64,000 nucleotides of DNA from assembly GCA_964531735.1 (NCBI GenBank), contig CAZHGD010000010.1:9673-73672 (forward strand), written 5' to 3'. The notes beneath the pieces were generated by a model. The model made no database searches. It saw only the letters and a list, made by a program, of their open reading frames with translations, and was not told the DNA's origin. The position numbers and the translations under genes are program-made. Position 1 is the stretch's first letter, and the number at the start of each line of letters is the position of its first letter. This DNA comes from an uncultured Fimbriimonadaceae bacterium. Its GTDB lineage: Bacteria; Armatimonadota; UBA10988. This document shows, piece by piece, positions 49,508-57,637 of the stretch.

Positions 49508-51310
49508 CTACGGCGCGCCTGCGGGCGCGTCGCCAAGTCGGTAGAGCGCACAGGTGTCGAAATCCTTGGCCAAGGCGTGGTGGCCCAGGTACACGCAGTG
49601 CAGCCGGTGCGCGCCCGTCGCGGCGAGCGCGGCGGCGAACGGTTCGCTGGCGAAGGCGCAGCCCGGCGTGCCCACCTGCTCGATTCGGGCGGCCCGTGTG
49701 ACGTGGCGCCCGAAGTAGTTGGTCCGGCCCAGCACGGGATCCCACTGGGCGTAGACCGGGCCGGCGTGCAGCCCGATGCGCAGCCCGGCCGGCGTCGGCA
49801 GGCCATGGCCCGACCAGTCGGTGCCGCGCAGGCGAGCCAGCAGCGCCGTGGCGCACTCGGCGCACTCGACCACGTCATCGAAGACGAGGAACAGGCCGTC
49901 GCCCCAAGTGTTCGCGAACCGCGGCGGCACGGACCGCTCGGACAGCGCCGCCGCCACTTGGTCGAGGAACGCGCTGACGAAAGCGGGCGTGCCTTCCTCA
50001 CACAGGCGACCGAAGCCGTGGACGTCGGCGAACAGCATGGCTTTGAGTTCGCGCCCGGCCACCGCGGGTGCCGGCGCCAGATGCGGGCTGACCGGCGGCG
50101 GGCCGGCGGGCGAGCCGCGCAGCGCGGCCAGGTCGAGTCGCTCGATCGGGCGGCCGAGCGATTGCCAATGGCGGGCGAACGCGGCGGTGCCCGTGTCGTT
50201 CGCGGCCGAGGCTGGGTCGAGCAGCACCAGTGCCGTCGGCTCGACGTGCCAGGCTTGCGCGCCGCAGATGGCCAGTCCCTGCGTCACGCGGTCACAGAAG
50301 CCGAACAGGTGGCGATCGCCCAGGTAGCGTTCGGTAGTGGCCTGGTGTACCTGCGTGGCGCGGTTGAGCACCTGCTCGAAGCGCTGTCGCCAGCCCGACC
50401 GTGCCGGCGCGCCATAGTCGACGCTGGTGCGGACGAAGTCCTCACGGTCGAACGGCAGGACGATGTGCAGCTCGCCACCGCGCGCGAGCACGGCTTCGGC
50501 GAACAGCAGATCCGCGCCGCAGGCGCCGGAGCAGAAGCCGAGGCTGACCTGCCGACGGTCGAGGGCGGCGGCCAGAGCCGCGGCGGCGGCCTCAATGACT
50601 GTGGCGTCGTCGGGGAAGCGGGGCTGGCTCGCCCCCGGCTGGTCGATCAGGTGCCCACTGAAGGCCACCACGCCGCCCGGGTTGACGACGGCCAGCAGGT
50701 CGCTCACGTCGAGGGCGCGCGCCAGCAGCAGGAGCTGGCGCCGCATGCTGGCCACGTCACCACGCCGCCAGCCGGCTTGCGCGACCGCGGCGGCGTAGGC
50801 GGCGCCGGCCTCGTCGCGGCGTCCCAGCAGGAGCAGCGCCTCGGCGCGAGTGGCCGTGGCCCAGTGGTCGGCGGCGGGTCCGGCCAACTGGCACAGCAGC
50901 GCGGCCGCCAGCGTCCGGGCCTCTTCGTGGCGGCCGCCAAGCCAGGCCAGGCTGGCGGCATTGATGCCGGGATAGGGCTCGCCCACCGTCTGGTACGCCT
51001 CGCGGTACCGCAGGGCGGCCAGGGCCAACGCCTCCGGATCGCCGTTGCGTTCGAAATCGTCTTTGGCCAGGCGAGCGCGCAGACAAGCGGCCTCGGTCCA
51101 TAGCGCCGTGGGCAGCGACTCGGCCAGCAGCCGATCGAGCAGGACGCTGGCGCCTGGGCCGTTGCCGCCTCGCGCCAGCGCCAGTGCGGCCAGGTAGCGC
51201 AACGCCGGGTCGTCGCGGCGCGTGCGGTCGGCCGAGGCCGCCAGGTCATAGGCCTGACCGGGACAGCCGGCCGCGATCTGGGCACGGACCTGTTCGAGGA
51301 TCTCAGTCAC
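49508..51310 (-). CDS. TPR-repeat - caspase-like (CHAT/orthocaspase-like) - class III nucleotidyl cyclase fusion protein
   Basis: N-terminal about 200 aa helical and TPR-like. Middle has a His-Cys dyad in caspase-like context (VVAFSGHLID, then a helix, then LGFCSGACGADLL; compare metacaspase HYSGHG and DSCHSG). C-terminal cyclase motifs FADVHGFG, TWGDGLFLVF, RIGLHAGPV, VTRAARIE. GTG start 51308-51310 overlaps the upstream gene's TGA. Confidence 0.7.
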   Translation of the reverse strand: MTEILEQVRAQIAAGCPGQAYDLAASADRTRRDDPALRYLAALALARGGNGPGASVLLDRLLAESLPTALWTEAACLRARLAKDDFERNGDPEALALAALRYREAYQTVGEPYPGINAASLAWLGGRHEEARTLAAALLCQLAGPAADHWATATRAEALLLLGRRDEAGAAYAAAVAQAGWRRGDVASMRRQLLLLARALDVSDLLAVVNPGGVVAFSGHLIDQPGASQPRFPDDATVIEAAAAALAAALDRRQVSLGFCSGACGADLLFAEAVLARGGELHIVLPFDREDFVRTSVDYGAPARSGWRQRFEQVLNRATQVHQATTERYLGDRHLFGFCDRVTQGLAICGAQAWHVEPTALVLLDPASAANDTGTAAFARHWQSLGRPIERLDLAALRGSPAGPPPVSPHLAPAPAVAGRELKAMLFADVHGFGRLCEEGTPAFVSAFLDQVAAALSERSVPPRFANTWGDGLFLVFDDVVECAECATALLARLRGTDWSGHGLPTPAGLRIGLHAGPVYAQWDPVLGRTNYFGRHVTRAARIEQVGTPGCAFASEPFAAALAATGAHRLHCVYLGHHALAKDFDTCALYRLGDAPAGAP

Positions 51311-54300
51311 TTCGGGTCTCGGGCTGGGCGGTTGTGGGCGCGGCCCGCTGGGCCGCTGCGCGGGCCTGCATCAGTTGGTCGTACTCCGGCCTGGTCATCG
51401 CGCTGAACGGTGAGATGGTCCGGGTGTCGCGGTCAGCGAGGAACCAGCGCCCCCAGCGCACCCAAGGGTCGGTGGGGGGGCTATTGGCTAGTCGCGCGCG
51501 GACGGTGTCCAGCAGGCCGGCGGCGCCGTGCTTGCCGTAGAGGAGGTCACGGGCGTCACGCTCGTCGCGGGCCCAGCGTCGGGCTGCCGGTGACAGCCGT
51601 GCCCAGACCGTCAGATCCGGTGACCTGCTGTAGGAATCGTCGCGCACCAGGGCCGTGGCCAAGAGGACCAGCCACGACGGTGGCGGACCGAGCTGCAGGC
51701 CGACATCGGTGGCGGAGTCCGAAGCCGGCCAGGCCACCGCTCGTCCGTCGCGGCCGAAGGCGATGCCGGGCACCAACAACGGCGCGCAGACCTCGGTCGC
51801 CGTGGCGAGACTCCAGTACCGGGCCGCACCGGTCCTGGTGTGGGCCGCGAGCAGGCGCCCGTCGGGCGAGAAGCCCACCTGGTCCACCGGCAGGCCCAGT
51901 TGCAGCACCGGCCCAACCCGCTGGCCGTCGTGGGCGCGCACCAGCCGGACCGTCCCATCGCCAAAGCCCAGCCCCAGCAACGTGCTGTCCGGACTGAACG
52001 CGGCACACGGGACGTCGGCGTGGCCGGCCGAGGGTGTGGACCACTGCCGCCGCCAGCCGTCGGTGGCGTAGACCTGAACCTGCTCGGCGGCCGTCACCGC
52101 CAGCCACCGACCGTCCGGGCTCCTGGTGGCGCAGTCGGCATAGCAGCCGCGCCGCCGCAACTCGGGATCGGTCTCGTCGGCCCCGGTTGCGAACAAAACG
52201 TCGCCGGCCCGTTGCGGGCCGCCGGCGAGGGCGCGCCCGGTGGCCACGTCCCAGAGCCGGACCGCTTGGTTCGCGTCCACACCGGCGGTGAGCAGGACCT
52301 TGTCGTCGCTGCTCAGTTCAGCGTAGTTGACCCGCGTCTGGAGGTCGATGGGCGGTGATACGGCGGCACCGGTCTGCGTGTCCCAGACCTGGCATCGGCC
52401 GCCGCTGGCGACGGTCACCAGCCGGCGGCCGTCGCGGCTGAGGGTGATCCACTTCGGACAGCGGTTGTGGGCGACGGTGACGGGCGAGCCAGCGGCAGTG
52501 GACACGTCGTAGACCAGCACATGCGGCTCGGTCCAGCGCGTCACCGCGCCGTGCGAGCCGTCGGCGCTGACGGTGAGCTGCTTGCTCAGATCGCGCCTGA
52601 CCTCCAGCGGGTAGGCCACCGAGGCGGCGTTGTGCGCGTCCCACACTTGCAGGCCGCCGTCGGCGACGGTTACCAGGCGGTGGTACCGCGATTGGTAACG
52701 GGCGGCAGCGACCTGGCCACGGTGGGCCACCGGCAGGACCGGGGCCAGCCGACCGGTGCCGACGTCCCAGAACCGTGCCGTGCGGTCGCTGCCGCCGGTG
52801 AACAGGTACCGGTCGCCGCCGGCGAACTCCAGGCTCTGGATCTGCGTGGCCGCCGAACTGGCGAACTGCGCGACGAGCGCCTGCTTGGCGGGGTCCCAGA
52901 CTCGGATGTCGTCGCTCGCTCTGGCCAGCCACCCGCGCTGGGGGCTGAAGGCCAGCGCCTGTATGGGCGTAGCCTGCGGGCCTGGCCGGTAGGTCAGTTG
53001 GTGCGCGCCGGTGTCCGGCGACCAGAGACGCACTTCACCGCCCCAGGTGCCGGTTGCCAGGCGAGCCGAGTCGTGGCTGAAGGCCAGGCAGATGACGACG
53101 GCGAGATGGTCCTGATCGTCGTGCGGCAGACGGGCCGCCAGGCTGCCGGAGCCGGCCATCCAGATGGTGGCGTGCCGCTCGCCACCGGTGGCGATGAAGC
53201 GCCCGTCCGGGCTGGTGGCGATGGCGCGCACGCCTTGGTCGTGCGCCTGCCAGTCGCGCAGCACGGCCCCGTCGGCCACGCGCCAGATGCGCACCAGGCC
53301 ACGGTCGGTGCCCGCCAGATAGCGCTTGCCGTCCGGGCTGAAGCAGCCGCACCAGAGCTGGTGCCCCGGCGGCGCCACCAGGGGCGCCCCGCTGGCTTGC
53401 CAGGTCTGGGCGTCCCACACCTGCACGCCGCGGCCCAACACCCCGGCCAGGCGAGTCCCGTCGGGTGCGAACTGCGCATCGCGGCAGGCGCCCAGCGACT
53501 TCGGCCAGGCCAACTGGCCCAACGGCAGGGCCACGCCGTTCTGGGTCAGCGCGGCCGCCAATCGCCGCCCGGCAGTCGGCTCCTCGGGCCGGAGCCGGAT
53601 CGCCTCGACCAGATGCCGGATGGCCTCGGGCTCACCGTTGCGGTCGAGTAGATCCTGGGCTTGCTGACAGTGCAGCCGGTAAGTGCCGCGCTGGGCCTCC
53701 TGCGTCGCCAGGACGGCCCAACAGGCCACGGCGGCGAACAGGCAGGCGACCACGAGCATCAGCGTCGCCAGGCCGATCAGGCGCCGCACTCGGCGCTCGT
53801 GATCTCGGCGCGCGAGGTCGTCCAGACGAACGCCCAGCAAGCCGGCCAGCAGCTTCAGGAACCCGTACGCCCGGCCGTCCTTGCCCGGCCGGAGGTCGGC
53901 CGCGATGGGCTCGGCCCGTTCCTCGGTCAGCTCGCCATCGGGGCCGACGGCGTACCGGAGGGCCGGCACGAAGCACTCGCTGGCCTCGGCTCCCGGATGG
54001 TCGGACGCGTTGGGTTCGCCGTCTACCACCAGGCACAGGATACGGTCCGTACCGCCCATGGCCTTGAACTGCCGCACCTCTTCGTTGACGAAGCGCGACT
54101 GCGCCGAGTGGGGAGAGCAGACCACGATCAGGTGCCGTGACTGGGCCAACGCGGTCTCGATCTGGTGGCCCAGGTCAGGCGAGACCGGCAGTTCGTCGCG
54201 ATCCTTGAAGATCGGGTACAGCCGCCGAGGCAGCCCTTCGCCCTTGAGCCGGCGCGGCACGCGGTACAACTCCAGTGCCCGGTGGAGCCAGTTGGCCCAG

Positions 54301-54383
54301 CGTTGGTCACGGTGGCTGTAGCTCACGAAGGCCCAGTAGTGGTACGGGGCTGGCGGTGCCAGGCTGGTCGGCACGGAGTCCAT
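51303..54383 (-). CDS. TIR domain - transmembrane helix - WD40 beta-propeller protein
   Basis: N-terminal bacterial TIR (WAFVSYSHRD...IFKDRDELPVSPDLGHQIETALAQSRHLIVVCSPHSAQSRFVNEEV) with a candidate catalytic Glu. Positively charged segment then TM helix (RRVRRLIGLATLMLVVACLFAAVACWAVLA). At least 10 WD40-like repeats. ATG 54381-54383. Confidence 0.8.
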   Translation of the reverse strand: MDSVPTSLAPPAPYHYWAFVSYSHRDQRWANWLHRALELYRVPRRLKGEGLPRRLYPIFKDRDELPVSPDLGHQIETALAQSRHLIVVCSPHSAQSRFVNEEVRQFKAMGGTDRILCLVVDGEPNASDHPGAEASECFVPALRYAVGPDGELTEERAEPIAADLRPGKDGRAYGFLKLLAGLLGVRLDDLARRDHERRVRRLIGLATLMLVVACLFAAVACWAVLATQEAQRGTYRLHCQQAQDLLDRNGEPEAIRHLVEAIRLRPEEPTAGRRLAAALTQNGVALPLGQLAWPKSLGACRDAQFAPDGTRLAGVLGRGVQVWDAQTWQASGAPLVAPPGHQLWCGCFSPDGKRYLAGTDRGLVRIWRVADGAVLRDWQAHDQGVRAIATSPDGRFIATGGERHATIWMAGSGSLAARLPHDDQDHLAVVICLAFSHDSARLATGTWGGEVRLWSPDTGAHQLTYRPGPQATPIQALAFSPQRGWLARASDDIRVWDPAKQALVAQFASSAATQIQSLEFAGGDRYLFTGGSDRTARFWDVGTGRLAPVLPVAHRGQVAAARYQSRYHRLVTVADGGLQVWDAHNAASVAYPLEVRRDLSKQLTVSADGSHGAVTRWTEPHVLVYDVSTAAGSPVTVAHNRCPKWITLSRDGRRLVTVASGGRCQVWDTQTGAAVSPPIDLQTRVNYAELSSDDKVLLTAGVDANQAVRLWDVATGRALAGGPQRAGDVLFATGADETDPELRRRGCYADCATRSPDGRWLAVTAAEQVQVYATDGWRRQWSTPSAGHADVPCAAFSPDSTLLGLGFGDGTVRLVRAHDGQRVGPVLQLGLPVDQVGFSPDGRLLAAHTRTGAARYWSLATATEVCAPLLVPGIAFGRDGRAVAWPASDSATDVGLQLGPPPSWLVLLATALVRDDSYSRSPDLTVWARLSPAARRWARDERDARDLLYGKHGAAGLLDTVRARLANSPPTDPWVRWGRWFLADRDTRTISPFSAMTRPEYDQLMQARAAAQRAAPTTAQPETRSD

Positions 54384-54553
54384 CTACCTACTCGTTGCTG
54401 GCCTGAACGGCGACGCCGGCACTGGCGCCGCTGGGCGATGGTACCACTAGATACTGACGGTGGTTCCTCAGGCTGCCGGTCGCTCCTTCACCAGCGCCGT
54501 CGACGGGCGGGTGGGCAACCGACGGTCCAGGGCCGGGCGCGCCGCGTGGCGGC

Positions 54554-56383
54554 TCAGCCGCCGGCCCGTCCGCGCTCGGCCTCCAGCTTGCGCAGGAGGT
54601 GGCCGGGCACCTCATCGGTGAAGCGGGTGCCGTCGGGGAACTGACCGTTGCTCAGGTTCAGTCCGCATTCGGGGCAGTGCGGCTCGCCTGGTCCGTCGAT
54701 GGACGACCCGCACGCCGCGCACGAGATAGCCCAGCCGCCGACGATCAGGTCGAGCTTGACCCGGCCGGTGACATAGGCCCGCGCGTTGAAGCCACAGCGC
54801 GGGCAGCGGGGCCCGTCGTTCTCGCGGGGTGCATTGCAGAACGGACATCGCGTCAGCACGCCGAGGGCCTTGTCGTAGAGGCTGACCACCAGCGGCCCGC
54901 CCTCGCCGAGCACGTGTGCGGAGCGCGTCTGGCCCACCGGCGGCAGGTCCGAGTAGACCATGCCGCAGGTCGGGCACCGCCCTGTGTCGGGCCCGACGGT
55001 GGCGCCGCACGTGCCGCAGGCCAGCATCGTGCGCCCCTCGATCGGCACCGCGAGCACCTGGCCGTCGGTGTACCGGAAGATGTTCTGCGGGCAGTGCGAG
55101 CAGCGTAGCGCATGCTCGATCGGTGCGCCGCAGAACGGGCAGGCGGTCAGCGGCTGGGGGTTCGGTCCCTGCGCGCCCACCGGCAGCAACTGCACCAGTC
55201 GCCGGTCGTGCAGTGTGTCGACCATCTCGCGAGCGGTGGTGAAGCGCCGGTTCGGGCTCTTCTGCAGGCACTTGTACACGACGCCGCGCAGGTGCGGAGC
55301 GACCTCGTCAGGCAGCGGCTCGGGGCAGCTCTGGCAGACCTGCGTGAGCACCGTGCGCACGTCGGCGCCGGGGAACGGCCGGCGGCCGCCGATCAGCTCA
55401 TAGAGGACGGCGCCGAGCGACCATACGTCCGACCGCATGTCGGCGTCGAGGCCCTGGGTCTGTTCGGGCGGCATGTAGGCCGGCGTCCCGACCTGCCGGC
55501 CGACGCGGATGATGGTGGAGAACTCGGGCGGATCCAACTCCTCGAGGTGCAGGGCGCCCAGCTTCTGCGCCAACCCGAAGTCGGCGAGGCAGACGTGCCG
55601 ATCCTCGCCGACGAGCATGACGTTGGCCGGCTTGAGGTCGCGGTGGATGACCCCGGCATCATGCACGCCGGCGACCGCGCTGCACAACTGGAACATGATG
55701 CGCTCGATGCGCTCGACGCTCGGTCGGCCGGTGACCAGGTGCTCGCGGAGGTTCAGCCCGTGCATCAGCTCCATGGCGATCCACGGGACGCCGTCGTGCT
55801 CGCCGGCCCCGTAGCAGCGGACCACGTTCGGGTGCTGCACGGCCTGCATCGACTCCACCTCGCGCTGGAACAGCGCGCGGCGGTGCTCCTCCTCGCGCGG
55901 CTCCCAGTCGAGACGCAGCCGCAAGGTCTTCAGCGCCACGGTGAGCCCGTCCCGGTCGCGGGCCTCGAAGACCCGTCCGACCGATCCGCTGCCCAACTCG
56001 GCCATCAGGCGGTACGGGCCCACCTGGTCGCCGGCGTGGAAGCGCCGTTCGTTGCCGCTGGTCAGGACGCGCAGAATGAGCTGATACGGCCCGATGCCGA
56101 CCTGGTCGCCGACGCGCAGCAACTGCGCCTGCTTGAGCAACTGCCCATTGACCAAGGTCGGCGAGGTGATGCCGCCGGGCGCGATGATCACCTGGTCGGT
56201 GCGCACCCGCAGCCCGCAGTGGTTCGGCGCCACTTCGTTGTGGGGCAACCGGATGCCACGCTGGGGGCTTCGCCCGATCACGAAGTCGCCCGGACGGAGG
56301 GGGATCGTGGCGCCTTGCTGCGGCCCGGCCACCACTTCCAGGATGAACTGCGCGGCGCTATCACTGGGATTGGGCGCGGGCAT
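54554..56383 (-). CDS. FHA domain - Ser/Thr protein kinase - multiple C-terminal zinc ribbons
   Basis: ORF 54554..56629 trimmed to ATG 56381-56383 (GGTGGAG SD). FHA domain (FVIGRSPQRGIRL...SPTLVNGQ). Kinase motifs GSGSVGRVF, VALK, HRDLKPANVML, DFGLA, APE-like PPE. Five CxxC...CxxCG zinc ribbons. Confidence 0.85.
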   Translation of the reverse strand: MPAPNPSDSAAQFILEVVAGPQQGATIPLRPGDFVIGRSPQRGIRLPHNEVAPNHCGLRVRTDQVIIAPGGITSPTLVNGQLLKQAQLLRVGDQVGIGPYQLILRVLTSGNERRFHAGDQVGPYRLMAELGSGSVGRVFEARDRDGLTVALKTLRLRLDWEPREEEHRRALFQREVESMQAVQHPNVVRCYGAGEHDGVPWIAMELMHGLNLREHLVTGRPSVERIERIMFQLCSAVAGVHDAGVIHRDLKPANVMLVGEDRHVCLADFGLAQKLGALHLEELDPPEFSTIIRVGRQVGTPAYMPPEQTQGLDADMRSDVWSLGAVLYELIGGRRPFPGADVRTVLTQVCQSCPEPLPDEVAPHLRGVVYKCLQKSPNRRFTTAREMVDTLHDRRLVQLLPVGAQGPNPQPLTACPFCGAPIEHALRCSHCPQNIFRYTDGQVLAVPIEGRTMLACGTCGATVGPDTGRCPTCGMVYSDLPPVGQTRSAHVLGEGGPLVVSLYDKALGVLTRCPFCNAPRENDGPRCPRCGFNARAYVTGRVKLDLIVGGWAISCAACGSSIDGPGEPHCPECGLNLSNGQFPDGTRFTDEVPGHLLRKLEAERGRAGG

Positions 56384-56503
56384 ACCAACTCCACCCCTGC
56401 CGGTACGACTGCCATGTCTGGCGATACGATGCCATGCGCGCGAACCCGTGTCAAGCCACTTGGCCGTGGTGGGCAGGGACCGGTTGTCGGTTATACTGCG
56501 TTG

Positions 56504-57637
56504 GTGCAAGCGACCAATGCCCCCCAACCGCAGAGCGCCGGCCGACGTGTGCCGTTGCTGGACGCACTCCGCAGTCTGGCCGTCCTGGGCGTCGTCGTCA
56601 TTCACGTGGTGGCCGGCCCACTGCTGCACCCCTCACGCCACTCCGCCGCGGAGTTGCGCGGCTTGGTGTTGCTGGACGCGCTGGCACGGGTGAGCGTGCC
56701 GGCGCTACTGGTCATCAGCGGCGTGGTGCTCATGCGCGGATGGTGCGAGCGGCCGCAGCCGGTGATCGTCTTCTGGCGGCGTCGCTTCGCCCGGGTGCTG
56801 CCTGCGTACGCGGTCTGGTCGGCCGTCTACACGGCCGGCAGCAGTGCGGCTGGCGCCGGCGCCTACGCGCGCCACCTGCTCTGCGGCGACGCCAGTTTCC
56901 ACACCTGGTATGTGCCGCTCATCCTGCACCTGTACCTGCTGTTCCCCGCGCTGGCCGCAGCGGTGCGGCGGTGCCATCGGGCGCGGTGGACCACCGCCGC
57001 GCTGCTCGCGGCGGCCGTGGCCTGGGCCGTCGTGCGGCCGGTGGTGCCATGGGCGCTCCCAGCGCCGTCGGGTCCGGGCTGGCTGGCTGGTTACTTCGCC
57101 GCGGGTCCGCTGGCGGTCTGGCAGTGGCTGCCCTACTTCCTGCTCGGGCTGGCGCTGGGCGGGCCCGCCGCGACGCAGCCGCAGTTGCCGCGGCGGTGGT
57201 GGCCGGTGCTGCTCAGCGTCGGCGCCGTGCTGGTCGCTGGGCTGGTGGCAGCGCGCGTGGCCGGCCTGCGGCTGAGTGCCGACGGCGACCATGCGCGCCA
57301 GCAGGCGCTGTTCGGTTGGCAGACCATCGGCACGCCGGTCTTCGCGGCGGTGACCGCCGGCTGGCTCGTGCTGTGGTTGCAGCGCCCGGCCGCGGCGCGG
57401 CTCGTCGAGCGGCTGGCCCGGTTGGCGCCGGCCACCTTCGGCGTCTACCTGGCCCACGTGTTCGTGATGCAGCGGTTGCAGCACTGGTTCGGCTACGCCT
57501 TGCTGACCTACTTCGCGGGCACGGTACCGGTGGCCGTGCTGCTGGTGGCTGCGCTCACCTGGCTGTTGATCAACGGGCTGGGGCGCGTGCCGCACCTGGC
57601 CCGCTGGGTTGGTCTGGAAGCCCGGCCGGTCACCTGA
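56504..57637 (+). CDS. membrane acyltransferase family 3 (O-acyltransferase) protein
   Basis: C-terminal part of ORF 55112..57637. LDALRSLAVLGVVVIHV start-of-domain signature and about 10 TM helices. Start uncertain (GTG 56504, TTG 56501 or ATG 56414); no clear SD. The Arg-rich ORF 56434..57654 is the wrong frame. Confidence 0.65.
   Translation: MQATNAPQPQSAGRRVPLLDALRSLAVLGVVVIHVVAGPLLHPSRHSAAELRGLVLLDALARVSVPALLVISGVVLMRGWCERPQPVIVFWRRRFARVLPAYAVWSAVYTAGSSAAGAGAYARHLLCGDASFHTWYVPLILHLYLLFPALAAAVRRCHRARWTTAALLAAAVAWAVVRPVVPWALPAPSGPGWLAGYFAAGPLAVWQWLPYFLLGLALGGPAATQPQLPRRWWPVLLSVGAVLVAGLVAARVAGLRLSADGDHARQQALFGWQTIGTPVFAAVTAGWLVLWLQRPAAARLVERLARLAPATFGVYLAHVFVMQRLQHWFGYALLTYFAGTVPVAVLLVAALTWLLINGLGRVPHLARWVGLEARPVT

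Noticed and set aside
46972-50001. 1009-aa minus-strand ORF
   Set aside because: Antisense to the GGDEF and NtrC genes, both of which have unambiguous domain signatures.
50300-50900. SLOG/DprA-like Rossmann domain interpretation of the middle domain of the TPR-cyclase protein
   Set aside because: The pattern G...GAD...RGG..L.IVLP superficially resembles SLOG and LOG motifs. However, the strand-SGH and DxCxSG-like spacing fits a caspase-like His/Cys dyad better. It is left as the alternative hypothesis to test.
55112-56500. N-terminal 460 aa of the 841-aa ORF
   Set aside because: Antisense to the FHA Ser/Thr kinase; only the C-terminal acyltransferase part is real.
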